Assembly: GCA_963713095.1 (NCBI GenBank)
Contig: CAVQKK010000005.1
Location: forward strand, 387,217-451,216
Source: an uncultured Chloroflexia bacterium
GTDB taxonomy: Bacteria > Chloroflexota > Limnocylindria > Limnocylindrales > CSP1-4
DNA: 64,000 bases
Reading direction: 5' to 3'
The first letter of the stretch is position 1. Every line of letters begins with the position of its first letter. Below the pieces are notes generated by a model, which made no database searches, was not told the DNA's origin, and worked only from the letters and a program-made list of their open reading frames with translations. Below, one piece after another: positions 48,973 through 59,467 of the stretch. The position numbers were made by a program, and so were the translations under genes.

Positions 48973-49119
48973 CGCCGCGACGGTCAACCACGACCGCCGG
49001 GACTGCGTACATCCTCGCGCATCGGCGGCCTCCACGGGACAAGCCTCAAGTCCCGGGTGGCATCCCCCGATTGGGGCATCGGTCCCGGGTTCGCCGGTCG
49101 AGTGGATGAGCTCGCGGCG

Positions 49120-49172
49120 GGTCGACGGTCGGAGACGGGTCGACGGTCGGAGACGGGTCGACGGTCCGCGCG
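49120..49172. repeat. 18-bp tandem repeat GTCGACGGTCGGAGACGG x2.7
   Basis: seen directly at 49120-49172, immediately 3' of the pgm stop codon. Confidence 0.85.
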
Positions 49173-49174
49173 CG

Positions 49175-50815
49175 TCAGACGGCGGCGTCGACAATCGCGC
49201 GGGCCTCGTCCAGGATCCGCTCCAGGTGGGCCTCGCCGCGGAAGCTCTCGGCATACAGCTTGGTGACGTTCTCGGTGCCCGACGGCCGTGCGGCGAACCA
49301 GCCCTGCCCGGTCACCACCTTGATCCCCCCGATCGGCGCGTCGTTGCCTGGCGCCCGCGTGAGTCTGGCCACGATCGGGTCGCCGGCCAGGGTCGCGGTC
49401 GTGATCGAATCCGGCGACAGGCGGGCCAGGGCCGCCTTGATCCGGGGCGTGGCCGGAGCGTCGATCCGGCGATAGGCAGGTGCCCCGAACCGCTCCGTCA
49501 GCCCTGCGTACACCTCCGCCGGGTTATGCCCGAGACGGGCGCTGAGCTCCGCGGTCAGCAGGCAGGCGATGATCCCGTCCTTGTCGGTCGTCCAGACGCT
49601 GCCGTCCCGGCGCAGGAACGAAGCCCCGGCGCTCTCCTCGCCGCCGAACCCGATGGTCCCGTCGAGGAGCCTATCGACAAACCACTTGAACCCGACCGGG
49701 ACCTCGATAAGGCGGCGGCCCAGGTCCGCGACCACACGATCGATCATCGACGACGAGACCAGCGTCTTGCCCACAGCCACCCTGTCGGACCAGGGCCGTG
49801 CACCGCCGAACAGGTACGAGATCGCGGCCGCGAGGACGTGGTTGGGGTTCATCAGGCCGGTGCCCGGCACGACCACGCCGTGACGGTCGGCGTCGGCGTC
49901 GTTGCCCAGGGCGAGATCGAACCGGTCGCGCAGCTCCACCAGCCGGGCCATCGCGAACGGCGACGACGGATCCATCCGGATCCGGCCGTCCCAGTCGAGG
50001 GTCATGAACGCGAACCGCGGATCGACCGCGTCGTTGGTGACCGTCAGGTCCAGGCCGTACCGCTCCCCGATCGCCGCCCAGTACGCGACCGACGCACCAC
50101 CCAGCGGGTCCACGCCCAGCCGCAACCCCGATGCCGCCACGGCGTCCAGGTCCACCACGTGGCGCAGGTCGTCGACGTAGCGTCCGCGGAAGTCGTACGG
50201 CGTTGCCTGGGGACGGGCACGCTCGAAGGGCACGCGCGGGACGCCCCCCAGCCCATCGGCGCCCGTGGCCTCCAGGATCCGGTTCGCCTCGTCCTGGATC
50301 CAGCGCGTGACGTCGGTGTCGGCCGGGCCACCGTTTGGCGGGTTGTACTTGAAACCGCCGTCGTCGGGCGGGTTGTGCGACGGGGTGACCACGATGCCGT
50401 CGGCCAGGCCGCCAGACCGGCCACGATTGGCGACCAGGATCGCGTGGGATACGGCCGGGGTCGGGGTGAAGCCGTCATCGGCGTCCACGTGAACGGCGAC
50501 GCCGTTGGCGACCAGCACCTCGAGGGCGGTCTGCCAGGCCGGCTCCGACAGCGCGTGCGTGTCGCGGCCGATGAACAGCGGACCGGTGTACCCCCTGGAC
50601 GCCCGGTAGCGGCAGATAGCCTCCGTCGTGGCCAGGATGTGCGCCTCGTTGAACGCGCCCCGGAACGCGGATCCGCGGTGGCCCGAGGTCCCGAACGCGA
50701 CCCGTTGCGAGGCGACGGACGGGTCGGGGCGACGATCGTGGTAGGCGCGCAGCAGCGCATCGAGATCGACGAGGTCGGAGGGCAGGGCGGGCTGGCCGGC
50801 GCGTTCGTGGGTCAT
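49175..50815 (-). CDS. pgm: phosphoglucomutase (alpha-D-glucose phosphate-specific)
   Basis: ATG at M80 of ORF; active-site TSGHRGS serine loop, GGPADTD metal-binding-type motif; 546 aa. Confidence 0.85.
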   Translation of the reverse strand: MTHERAGQPALPSDLVDLDALLRAYHDRRPDPSVASQRVAFGTSGHRGSAFRGAFNEAHILATTEAICRYRASRGYTGPLFIGRDTHALSEPAWQTALEVLVANGVAVHVDADDGFTPTPAVSHAILVANRGRSGGLADGIVVTPSHNPPDDGGFKYNPPNGGPADTDVTRWIQDEANRILEATGADGLGGVPRVPFERARPQATPYDFRGRYVDDLRHVVDLDAVAASGLRLGVDPLGGASVAYWAAIGERYGLDLTVTNDAVDPRFAFMTLDWDGRIRMDPSSPFAMARLVELRDRFDLALGNDADADRHGVVVPGTGLMNPNHVLAAAISYLFGGARPWSDRVAVGKTLVSSSMIDRVVADLGRRLIEVPVGFKWFVDRLLDGTIGFGGEESAGASFLRRDGSVWTTDKDGIIACLLTAELSARLGHNPAEVYAGLTERFGAPAYRRIDAPATPRIKAALARLSPDSITTATLAGDPIVARLTRAPGNDAPIGGIKVVTGQGWFAARPSGTENVTKLYAESFRGEAHLERILDEARAIVDAAV

Positions 50816-51050
50816 CGGGCTCGCGTGGGTGCTCGCGTGGACAGGCGGTGGCCGTCGAGCGTTCCAGAGCACGATAACCCGGTCGTCCGGGGTGCGCCAT
50901 GGCGGGCGACGTTGCATGTTGGCCCCTCCGGCTCGTACGATGTGCGCAGCCCGAGCCAGCACCTCGTACGGGGCTCGTTCGAGTCCGCCGGATCGTCGGC
51001 GGCCGAATGCATGAGCCCGCGATGACCTCAGGCCGGGTTGGAGGCAACGC

Positions 51051-52160
51051 ATGGCGACCGTGACGTTCGATCACGTGTCCAAGCGATACGGCGACGTGAC
51101 CGCCGTGTCGGACTTCAACCTCGAGATCGGTGACGGCGAGTTCATGGTGCTCGTCGGCCCGTCCGGGTGTGGCAAGACCACCAGCCTGCGGATGATCGCC
51201 GGTCTCGAGGAGATCAGCGACGGAACGCTGCGGATCGGCGACAAGGTGGTCAACGACGTGGCCCCCAAGGACCGGGACATCGCGATGGTGTTCCAGAGCT
51301 ACGCGTTGTACCCGCACATGTCGGTCCGGGACAACCTCGCGTTCGGCCTCAAGCTGCGCAAGGTTGCCAAGCCCGAGATCGAGAGCCGGATCAACGAGGC
51401 GGCCGGCATCCTGCAGCTCGAAAAGCTGCTCGGCCGCAAGCCCAAGGAGCTGTCCGGCGGCCAGCGCCAGCGCGTCGCCCTCGGCCGGGCCATCGTCCGC
51501 GAGCCGGCCGTGTTCCTCATGGACGAACCGCTGTCCAACCTCGACGCCAAGCTGCGCGTCCAGACCCGCGCGGAGATCGCGCGCCTCCACCAGCGGCTGG
51601 GCACGACGATGGTCTACGTCACCCACGACCAGGTCGAGGCGATGACGATGGGCCAGCGGATCGCCGTCATGAGCGACGGCCTGCTCCAGCAGGTCGGCAC
51701 GCCGCAGGGGCTGTACGACAAGCCCAAGAACCGTTTTGTGGCCGGCTTCATCGGCAGCCCGTCCATGAACTTCATCGAGGTCAACGTCCCGGGCGGCGGC
51801 ACGACCGACCTGTCCGAAGGCAGCTTCCACTTCCCGCTGCCGCCGAACTACCGCGAGGCGCTCCAGGGCGCCGGCAGCAAGGTCATCGCGGGCTTCCGGC
51901 CGGAGCATCTGGACCTGGGCGACATGGCCGGCACCGTCGCGACCATCAAGGGCACGGCGGACGTGGTCGAGTATCTCGGCAACGAGGAGCTGCTCCACGT
52001 GACATCCGACGAGCGCGAGATCGTGGCCATCGTCTCGTCGGCCCACAAGGTCAAGCCCGGCGACAACATCGAGCTCCGGCTCCCGGTCGGCAAGCTCCAC
52101 CTGTTCAACGCCGAGTCGGGCCTCTCGCTCGTCAAGGCCGAGGAGCCCGTCGCAGCCTGA
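51051..52160 (+). CDS. msiK: sugar ABC transporter ATP-binding protein (MsiK/UgpC/MalK-type)
   Basis: GGAGG RBS; Walker [24 protein letters not shown], Walker [13 protein letters not shown]-terminal MalK TOBE-like domain. Confidence 0.9.
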   Translation: MATVTFDHVSKRYGDVTAVSDFNLEIGDGEFMVLVGPSGCGKTTSLRMIAGLEEISDGTLRIGDKVVNDVAPKDRDIAMVFQSYALYPHMSVRDNLAFGLKLRKVAKPEIESRINEAAGILQLEKLLGRKPKELSGGQRQRVALGRAIVREPAVFLMDEPLSNLDAKLRVQTRAEIARLHQRLGTTMVYVTHDQVEAMTMGQRIAVMSDGLLQQVGTPQGLYDKPKNRFVAGFIGSPSMNFIEVNVPGGGTTDLSEGSFHFPLPPNYREALQGAGSKVIAGFRPEHLDLGDMAGTVATIKGTADVVEYLGNEELLHVTSDEREIVAIVSSAHKVKPGDNIELRLPVGKLHLFNAESGLSLVKAEEPVAA

Positions 52161-52277
52161 GCGGTCAACCCTCTTCCACTGCCGGCCGGCCCCGCGCTTG
52201 TCGGGTCGGCCGTTCGATGTCCGTGATCGGTGGCTGACGCGACGGGCACGGTGCCCGATCCCGACCGCGATCGCCCG

Positions 52278-52952
52278 ATGAGCGCCGGCTCCGGATCGCC
52301 CGCCGATGGGTTACCCGAAGATGACCCACTCTGCGAGCGCGTGGTCGAGAGCCGCATCATCCACCGCGGCCGGTACATGGAGTTCCGGACCGAGACCATC
52401 GAGCGCGCCGACGGCTCCCGCGGCACGCGCGACGTGGTGGGCCACCCGGGCGCGGTCGCGATCGTCGCGGTCGATGACGATGAGCGGCTGCTGCTGGTGC
52501 GGCAGTGGCGCGTCCCGGCCGGACGGGCGCTCCTCGAGGTGCCGGCCGGAACCCTCGACGTGCATGAGGGCGTGACCGAGGACCCCCTGGCCGCCGCCCG
52601 GCGCGAGCTCGAGGAGGAGACGGGTCACCGGGCGACGACCTGGCGCAAGCTGGGCGAGTTCTGGACGGCGCCCGGGTTCTCGTCGGAGCTCATGCACCTA
52701 TACCTGGCGACGGGCATCAAGGGCGCCACCGACGACGATCGGCTCGGGCCCGACGAGGACGAGCGCCTCGAGCTCCGCGAGGTGCCACTCGACGACGCCC
52801 TGGCCATGATCGAGCGCGGCGAGATCCGCGACGCGAAGTCGATCCTCGGCATCCTGTGGCTGGACCGGGTGCGTCAGGCCGGTCCCCGCCGGGACCCTGG
52901 CGCGAACGAATCGCGGACGGCCTCCGGAACGACGGGAGCATCGGTCGGCTGA
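52278..52952 (+). CDS. NUDIX hydrolase (ADP-ribose pyrophosphatase-like)
   Basis: Nudix box GTLDVHEGVTEDPLAAARRELEEETG; alternative GTG start 52230. Confidence 0.75.
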   Translation: MSAGSGSPADGLPEDDPLCERVVESRIIHRGRYMEFRTETIERADGSRGTRDVVGHPGAVAIVAVDDDERLLLVRQWRVPAGRALLEVPAGTLDVHEGVTEDPLAAARRELEEETGHRATTWRKLGEFWTAPGFSSELMHLYLATGIKGATDDDRLGPDEDERLELREVPLDDALAMIERGEIRDAKSILGILWLDRVRQAGPRRDPGANESRTASGTTGASVG

Positions 52953-52974
52953 ACGACCATCGGAGGGGCGGAAC

Positions 52975-53886
52975 GTGGATCATTCGGCTGGCATCCGGCC
53001 GTTTCGCGCGGGCGACGAGGCGGCGATCGGGGCGGTCATGCTGCGAGCGCTCGAGCGCGGCGAGCTCGACGGCGTGAACCGCCACTTCGTGGAGGCGGCT
53101 GCGAACCGGATCCCGCAGCAGCCTGAGGGGTGCGCCGTGGCTGTCGATGACGGGCGGGTCGTCGGTTGGATCGTGCCGCGCGACGACGACCTGACCGTGG
53201 ACCTGCCGTATCGACGCCGTGGCCACGGGAGCCGCCTGGTGAAGGAAGGGCGGCGGATCGCGCGGGACCTCGGCCTCACCGCGCTGCGCCTGTGGGTTCC
53301 CAGGCGCGACGGATCGGAGGCGTTTGCCCGGGCCAATGGCCTCCGCTACCGGTCCTCCCTGTGGCAGATGCTGCTGGATCCGGCTGCGCATGTCGATGAG
53401 CCTCGCTTCACCGATGGCTTCGTCGCCCGCTATCTGGCACCCGGAACGGACGATGCGGCCCTGGTGAACCTGATCAACGCCGCGTTCATCGATCACCCCT
53501 GGCCGTTCCACGTCGACCCCGACGAGGTCCGGCGGGTTCGCGCAGAGGACGGCTTCGATCCCACCTCGACGCTCCTGGTGGCCGCCGCTGCCGACCCGGA
53601 TCGCCCCGTCGGCTTCTGCCGAACGGCGACCTACCCCGATGACGACGGCACGCTGATCGGGGAGGTGAAGCTGGTGGGGGTGTTGCGCGAGTTTCGCGGC
53701 CTTGGCCTTGGTGGCGCGCTCGTCCGGTGGGGCATCCGGGCCGTCCGGGACCGGCAGGCGCGCCGGGTCATCCTCGTGGTGGAGGGCGAGAACCGCGGCG
53801 CCATCGCGCTCTACCAGTCGCTTGGTTTCGGGTACCACGTCCAGTGGCCGTACTGGACGCTGCCGGCCGCCGGCCCGGACGGCTGA
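52975..53886 (+). CDS. mshD: two-domain GNAT acetyltransferase, mycothiol synthase (MshD)-like
   Basis: GTG 52975 six nt after GGAGGGG; two tandem GNAT folds (…VDLPYRRRGHGSRLV… and …VLREFRGLGLGGALV…), about 300 aa as in MshD. Confidence 0.6.
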   Translation: MDHSAGIRPFRAGDEAAIGAVMLRALERGELDGVNRHFVEAAANRIPQQPEGCAVAVDDGRVVGWIVPRDDDLTVDLPYRRRGHGSRLVKEGRRIARDLGLTALRLWVPRRDGSEAFARANGLRYRSSLWQMLLDPAAHVDEPRFTDGFVARYLAPGTDDAALVNLINAAFIDHPWPFHVDPDEVRRVRAEDGFDPTSTLLVAAAADPDRPVGFCRTATYPDDDGTLIGEVKLVGVLREFRGLGLGGALVRWGIRAVRDRQARRVILVVEGENRGAIALYQSLGFGYHVQWPYWTLPAAGPDG

Positions 53887-53926
53887 CCGCCAACGCAGAC
53901 CGCTGACCGCCGTGGGGGCCCCGGCC

Positions 53927-54412
53927 TCAGCTCGACGCGGGATCGTTCCCGCCCGGATCGGGCATGCGGGCGAGCGCCGAGCGGTAGACCGCCAATTCGG
54001 GGGCCAGCGCGACCGCGAGCCGCAGGTGCGTGCGTGCCTCGTGCGGTCGGCCGAGCCGCTTCAGGCTCTGGCCGAGCGCGAAGTGGGCGTACGGGGCCGA
54101 GGGATCGATCTCGAGCATCGCCTCGAACGTTGCCCGTGAACGCTCGTGCTGGGCCGAGTTGTAGTAGGCGCGGCCGAGCGCCTCCAGGATCGACCCCTTA
54201 CCCGGTTCGAGCCGGGCCGCCCGCTCGAGCACGACCGCTGCCTGGGCGTGGTGGTGACGCCGCAGCAACGACTGTCCCCGCTGGAGCAGCTCGTAGGCCG
54301 ACTCGCGCTCGGCGGCTGCCGGGTCGCGGGACGCCGCCACCTGGTCGCCATGCAGCGCGGCCGGGTCTGCGTCGTCGCGGGAATCGTGTGGGGCACGGGG
54401 ATCTTCGGACAC
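53927..54412 (-). CDS. tetratricopeptide-repeat protein
   Basis: TPR-like helices (AYELLQRGQSLLRRHH.., ALGRAYYNSAQHERS.., YAHFALGQSLKRLGRPHEA..); start placed at GTG 54412 to avoid 110-nt overlap with upstream gene; uncertain. Confidence 0.45.
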   Translation of the reverse strand: MSEDPRAPHDSRDDADPAALHGDQVAASRDPAAAERESAYELLQRGQSLLRRHHHAQAAVVLERAARLEPGKGSILEALGRAYYNSAQHERSRATFEAMLEIDPSAPYAHFALGQSLKRLGRPHEARTHLRLAVALAPELAVYRSALARMPDPGGNDPASS

Positions 54413-54453
54413 GGGCGGGATGCTCGCACGGATCGTCGGCGGATGCAGGAGGG

Positions 54454-56673
54454 CTACGGGGCGGGGCCGCCGGGCGGCCGGACCGAGGACGGGCCAGCGG
54501 GCCCGGGCTCGGGTGTCTCCACGGGCGATGCCGGCGGCGGGGGTGTTGCCATGGGCGACGGCCACGCGACGGGCGCCGGCGACGACGGCGCAGCACCTGC
54601 AGCCGCTGAGCCGAGGCCGGCGGGGACCGCGGCCAGGCGCCGTGCCCGCTGGCGACGACGCTGACGGTACGCGAGCGCCACGAGCGCGATCAGGAGCAGC
54701 ACGATTGCGACACCGCTGCCGATCACGATCGCGCGGCCGCGACCCGCCTCGGCCGCAACCGCGATCGTCCCCGACACGAGCGTCGCCTGGTCGGTCGCCG
54801 TGTGCAGGTCACCCGACTCCCAGGCAGAGCGCGCCGCCACCAGCTCGGCGTCCGGGTCCTTGCCGCTGAGGCCCAGGGACACCAGCCAGTCGCGAGGCGC
54901 GGAGGCATCCCGGGACGCTGCCTGGACGGCCTCGAGCGACACCTCGGTGGACGTCGCCAGCGTCGAGGTGGCGTCGAGCGCCGATGCGTCGCTCGCCGAC
55001 TCGTAGGCCCGCTCGAGCTGGCCCGGCACCGTGAGACCGAGCGAGGCCGCAAGCGTGGCCGTTGCGTCGCGCTGGGTGAGGATGGACTGCGCCTCGGCCA
55101 TCAGCGGCTCGGCCTCGTCGAACGCCCAGCGGTCGAGGTCCATGCGGACGACCGTTGGCGCCGCCCATCCGTCGCCCGCAGTCACCAGCGCGCGGTACTC
55201 GTCCCGGGCCGTCGCGCGGGCGGCGAGATCGGCCCGCGACCCGGCCGGGACAACCCAGGTCGCCATGAGATCGGCCACCCCGGTCGCTCCGCCGAGCTCC
55301 TCGGTGAGGTCGAGGAACCGCCGCCAGTCGTTGGGCAGACGTGTTCGTTCCGGAGCGCCCGCCCCCACGTACGCGGTGGTCCCGTCGGCGGCTGCCTTGA
55401 AGACTCGCCGCATCCCTGCGGGCCCGGCCGACTTGACGATGGCCCGGACGACGGTCCACGCGGCGTCGTATCCGTACTGCTCGCGGGCATCGCTCTGGCT
55501 GTCGGCAATGGGGGCCGGTGGCGGCCACTGGCTGAGCGGAAACGCGACCTTGGCGGTCGGCTTGACCTTGCCCGGGGCCGGCTTCGTGGCGCCGGTCGCC
55601 GCCAGCACCCGCGACGCGTATTCGTCGGCAAGACCCTCGGTGATCCAGCGCTCCGTGAACAGGTGGCTGTTGAACCAGGCATGGGATGCCTCGTGGACGA
55701 TGGTCAGGTCGTCGAGGTCCTCGCTGATCGTGATCTCGTCATGGGCGGCGTCGTAGAAGCCCGCGTAGCCCTCGAGCAGCGGCGTGTGGATCTCGAGCAC
55801 GTTGAGCGGTCCGTTGACGGGCCACGGCAGGCCGATCAGCCCGACGAGGTCGGGGACGCCCTCGGTCAGGATGGTGGTCACGAGCTTGCGCCAGCGCTTG
55901 TCCTCCGGCCAGCCGCGCACGATGATCTGCTCGCCGTCGGCCAGGCTCAGCCGATCGCGCGTCAGTCCGTCGTCGTTGCGGGCGTCGACAAAGGCATACC
56001 AGTTGGCCGCATCGGTCGTCGATGCCGTCAGGACCTGGGTCCCGTCGGACCTGGCATGGGTGGCGACGTCGGCGCCGGAGACGTTGACGACGAACCCCGG
56101 CGGGACATCGATCCTGACCGACCCGTGATCACCGAACGCCCACGCCAGGAACGAGGCGAAGGCGGCCCCGACCCGAATATCGCTCGCCGAGCGCGGCGCA
56201 CCCGCCGGCAGATCGAACGTCAACCGGACTGTCGCCGTCTGGCCGAAGTACAGGTTGGCCAGGAACCGGATGGTGACCAGCCGGTATCCCTTCTTGCCGG
56301 CGCTGGTGACCTGCAGCGAGCTGCCGTCCTGCGTCGCCCGGAGGTGCCTCGCCTCGGGCTGCACGCCGAGGTTCAGGCCGTCGTAGAAGAAGCGGGTGAT
56401 GACGCCCCCGCTCGTCTGGGTCGGGTGCTGGTTGACGGCCACGATGTCGACCGTGACCCGGATCAAGGCCTTGTCCGGCATCACGACATAGCGGGTGGTG
56501 GTGCCGATGTCGATGTCGTCGTTGGCGGCGCTCACCGCCGCGGCGTCGAACGTGCGCAGCGCGGGAAGGATGGGGGTCGCGGCCGGCGGTACGACGGCCA
56601 CGGCCAGCGAGGCGACGATCGCCAGCAGCGTCGCGGATCCGAGGCGGCGGAACCGGCTGGTCGCGGGCAGCAC
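54454..56673 (-). CDS. secreted, C-terminally membrane-anchored M1-like (peptidase-MA/gluzincin) protein, intact HEXXH...E
   Basis: signal peptide; IVHEASHAWFNSHLFTERWITEGLADEYA matches the M1 motif HExxH-x18-E (WLNEGFA-like); C-terminal TM IVLLLIALVALAY + RQRRRQRARR + Pro-rich tail. Confidence 0.65.
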   Translation of the reverse strand: MLPATSRFRRLGSATLLAIVASLAVAVVPPAATPILPALRTFDAAAVSAANDDIDIGTTTRYVVMPDKALIRVTVDIVAVNQHPTQTSGGVITRFFYDGLNLGVQPEARHLRATQDGSSLQVTSAGKKGYRLVTIRFLANLYFGQTATVRLTFDLPAGAPRSASDIRVGAAFASFLAWAFGDHGSVRIDVPPGFVVNVSGADVATHARSDGTQVLTASTTDAANWYAFVDARNDDGLTRDRLSLADGEQIIVRGWPEDKRWRKLVTTILTEGVPDLVGLIGLPWPVNGPLNVLEIHTPLLEGYAGFYDAAHDEITISEDLDDLTIVHEASHAWFNSHLFTERWITEGLADEYASRVLAATGATKPAPGKVKPTAKVAFPLSQWPPPAPIADSQSDAREQYGYDAAWTVVRAIVKSAGPAGMRRVFKAAADGTTAYVGAGAPERTRLPNDWRRFLDLTEELGGATGVADLMATWVVPAGSRADLAARATARDEYRALVTAGDGWAAPTVVRMDLDRWAFDEAEPLMAEAQSILTQRDATATLAASLGLTVPGQLERAYESASDASALDATSTLATSTEVSLEAVQAASRDASAPRDWLVSLGLSGKDPDAELVAARSAWESGDLHTATDQATLVSGTIAVAAEAGRGRAIVIGSGVAIVLLLIALVALAYRQRRRQRARRLAAVPAGLGSAAAGAAPSSPAPVAWPSPMATPPPPASPVETPEPGPAGPSSVRPPGGPAP

Positions 56674-56687
56674 CGAGGATCCTCCGG

Positions 56688-58781
56688 CTACAGCCGCACG
56701 CGGTGGGCCTGGACCGGGTCGATCGCCCGCTTTCGACGAGCGCGACGGGCGCGGCCGGCGACCGCAGATGCGAGGACGAGCAGCGTCGCCGCCAGGGCGA
56801 CCGCCAGCAGGGCGCGGCGGCGGCCCTCCTGCCAGGCACCGTTCCAGGCGCGATAGGCATCGTCGGCCGCCGTCAACGTCCCGTCGATGTTGCCGGCCGC
56901 CAGGTCGTTCCTGGCCAGCGCGAGGTCCGCGTCCGGGTGCTCGCCCAGCATGCCGATCTGGGTCAGCACGTCGCCGGCGCTCGCGCGTGCGGCGTCGGCC
57001 TGGTCGACGGCCAGGATCGCGTTCCGCTCCGCCTCGGCCTCGGCCGACGCCTGGGCCAGCATCCCCGACTCGAACAGCTGCTGCATCGATGCCGGCAGCT
57101 TGACGTCAGATCGCGCAGCGAGCTGCTGGACGGCAGATCGCTGGGCGAGCACGGTCCGGGCGTTGTCCATGCGCTGCCGGGCGTCCGCGAACTGCCAGGC
57201 GCGAAGCGCGTCGCGGATCTCGCGTGGCAGCTGCCAGTCGCCAGCGACGGACAGCGTCCGCTCGTAGTCGAGCCGGGCCGCGGCCCTGGCGTCGAGCAGC
57301 GGCACCTCGTCGGGCCGCACCACCCACTGCCGCCACAGGTCGCTGAACTCCTGCCCCGTCTCCGCCTCGAGCACGTCCAGGAAGCCACGCCAGTCCGGCA
57401 CCCCGGACACGGTCTCAGGCGCCCGTTGGGCGCCGCCCTGCACCTCCGTCCCCACCGTCGTGGGCGGCTGGTACGCTCCCACGCCCTGTGCCACGTCGGA
57501 CCAGACGCGCCGCAGCGCATCGTCGCCCGCCCGATCGGCGACGGCGGTCGCGAGCGCCAGCGAAGCCGCGAACCCGTACGCCTCGGTGGCGCTGCCGGCC
57601 GTGGCGTCCGGTTCGCTCCCGGCGCCGGCCGCGGGAGCGGCGGACCACGCGTTGAGGGGGATCGGGGTGGCTCCGGGCACCTCGGTCGCATCGCTCGCCT
57701 GCGGACCCGATCCCTTGATCCCGATCGCGTCAGCGACACGCTGCGCGTAGTAGGACGCGAAGCCCTCGTTCGCCCACCGGTCGGCGAGCAGCCGGCCATT
57801 GAACCAGCCGTGAGCGGCCTGGTGGACAGCGACCAGCGGATCTGCCCAGTAGGCGACCTCGATCCGGTGTGCCGCGGGATCGAACCGCCCCGCGTATCCC
57901 CCGGCCGCCCGATTGACCGCCTCCTGGACGATGGTCGGCTCGGCTGCCGGCCAGTCGAGGCCGATGGCCTCCCGCAGGGCCGGCAGCGCCTGCGCGAGCA
58001 CCTTACCGGTCCGTTTCGCCCACGTCGGGTCGTCCGCCCAGGCGCGCATCGTCAGCGCGATCGTCTGGCCGCCCGCCGGGACGGCGAGGGGGCTGTCGAC
58101 GTAGGCGGCCGCGCGCTGGGCGGTGACGTAGGCGAAGAACGCCAGGGGCGACGCGATCGACCCCGAGGCCAGCTCGGTCCCGCCGTCGGCCGTCGGCCTG
58201 GTGCTCGCGAACGAGCCGGACTCCACGGCAACGTCGTAGCCGGCCGGGAACCGGACCCGCACGGTGCTGCCCTTCGCGCCCTCGGATGCGTACGCCCAGA
58301 TCGGGATCGTGACCAGGCTGGTGCTGATCCGCAGCTGGCGATCGGCCTTGCCGCCCTTGTCGACCAGATCGAACGTCAGCCGATAGGTTTGCGACTTGCC
58401 GCCGTACAGCCGCGAACCGAAGTCGATCCGGAGCAACGTCGACTTCGCGCTCCGCTTTGTGACCCGCACCCGAGCCCCCTTGGCACCCGTCACCCGGAAC
58501 CCGCTGGTGTTCGGCGGCACTGCCAGGTAGGCGTAGTCGACGTAGTACTTCTTCGTCCGCGTCTCGCCCAGGTGGTTGTGAGCCACGATCGTCACCGACA
58601 CGCGGGCGCGCCGATGGTCCGGCTGCACCGTGTAGACGGCGTCGGTGACCAGCGTCAGGTCCGTGGCGGCGGCGCGAGCCGGCGGCACCGGCAGGGCCCC
58701 GGTGGCCGGAGCCAGGATCACCGCCAGCAGCGCGACCGCCAGGGCGATGCCGAAGCGGCGGGTGCCGGCCGGTCGGCTCAT
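56688..58781 (-). CDS. paralogous M1-like protein with degenerate active site (HQAAH)
   Basis: same architecture; VHQAAHGWFNGRLLADRWANEGFASYYA shows Glu to Gln in HExxH; C-terminal TM + basic tail; 14 nt upstream of paralog. Confidence 0.65.
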   Translation of the reverse strand: MSRPAGTRRFGIALAVALLAVILAPATGALPVPPARAAATDLTLVTDAVYTVQPDHRRARVSVTIVAHNHLGETRTKKYYVDYAYLAVPPNTSGFRVTGAKGARVRVTKRSAKSTLLRIDFGSRLYGGKSQTYRLTFDLVDKGGKADRQLRISTSLVTIPIWAYASEGAKGSTVRVRFPAGYDVAVESGSFASTRPTADGGTELASGSIASPLAFFAYVTAQRAAAYVDSPLAVPAGGQTIALTMRAWADDPTWAKRTGKVLAQALPALREAIGLDWPAAEPTIVQEAVNRAAGGYAGRFDPAAHRIEVAYWADPLVAVHQAAHGWFNGRLLADRWANEGFASYYAQRVADAIGIKGSGPQASDATEVPGATPIPLNAWSAAPAAGAGSEPDATAGSATEAYGFAASLALATAVADRAGDDALRRVWSDVAQGVGAYQPPTTVGTEVQGGAQRAPETVSGVPDWRGFLDVLEAETGQEFSDLWRQWVVRPDEVPLLDARAAARLDYERTLSVAGDWQLPREIRDALRAWQFADARQRMDNARTVLAQRSAVQQLAARSDVKLPASMQQLFESGMLAQASAEAEAERNAILAVDQADAARASAGDVLTQIGMLGEHPDADLALARNDLAAGNIDGTLTAADDAYRAWNGAWQEGRRRALLAVALAATLLVLASAVAGRARRARRKRAIDPVQAHRVRL

Positions 58782-59344
58782 GCCGGGTGCTCAATCAGGG
58801 ATGACGGCTCGCCGGGGCCGTCGATCAGCTCGCCCAGCTCGTCCACGTATCGATCCAGCAGGCGCTCGCCGGGGCCGTCACCGTCACCCTTCGCGGGTGC
58901 CGTAGGCCAGCCGCCGGCCTTGAGCCAGCCGGTCGCCTGCTCGTGGAACCGATCCGCGACGGCCAGGTGTCGTGCCAGCGCGATCCCCAGCGCGTCGCGG
59001 CCGGCCCCGGCGATGGGGATCTCCGAGATCAGCAGCGGACGCTCGTCCTCACCCACGGAGAACTTGACGAACGGCAGCTCGTCGTTCCAGCGCAGGAGCA
59101 CGCGGTAGGAGCGGCGGAAGGCGTCATTGATCGGGGGCGCGAAGTGAGCCCAGCAGATCAGCGCGAGCGACGGATCGAGGATGAGCGTGATCCGGAGCGA
59201 CGCTCGGCGGCGACCGTCCAGGACCAGGTCCCACGACGTCACACCCTCGCGATCAGCACGTTCGAGCGGCATCAGACCGAGGTCGTCGAGCCAGGCCTCG
59301 ACGTCGGCCGGGACGCACGCCGACGCCCGGGGGGCGATGGACAT
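58778..59344 (-). CDS. YbjN-domain (putative sensory-transduction regulator / T3SS-chaperone-like) protein
   Basis: ATG 59344; stop overlaps downstream start (ATGA); similarity of composition to YbjN family (…LRWNDELPFVKFSVGEDERPLLISEIP…). Confidence 0.55.
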   Translation of the reverse strand: MSIAPRASACVPADVEAWLDDLGLMPLERADREGVTSWDLVLDGRRRASLRITLILDPSLALICWAHFAPPINDAFRRSYRVLLRWNDELPFVKFSVGEDERPLLISEIPIAGAGRDALGIALARHLAVADRFHEQATGWLKAGGWPTAPAKGDGDGPGERLLDRYVDELGELIDGPGEPSSLIEHPA

Positions 59345-59467
59345 GGCGGGCAGTCTACCCGAGGGCGCGGGAACGACCCGTCGCGGCAACAGGGAACGCC
59401 CGGCACCCCCGCCCGGCCGTTCGTCGGACCGGGCCCGGACGGTCCCCCGGCCCGCCCGGTGCCTCGG

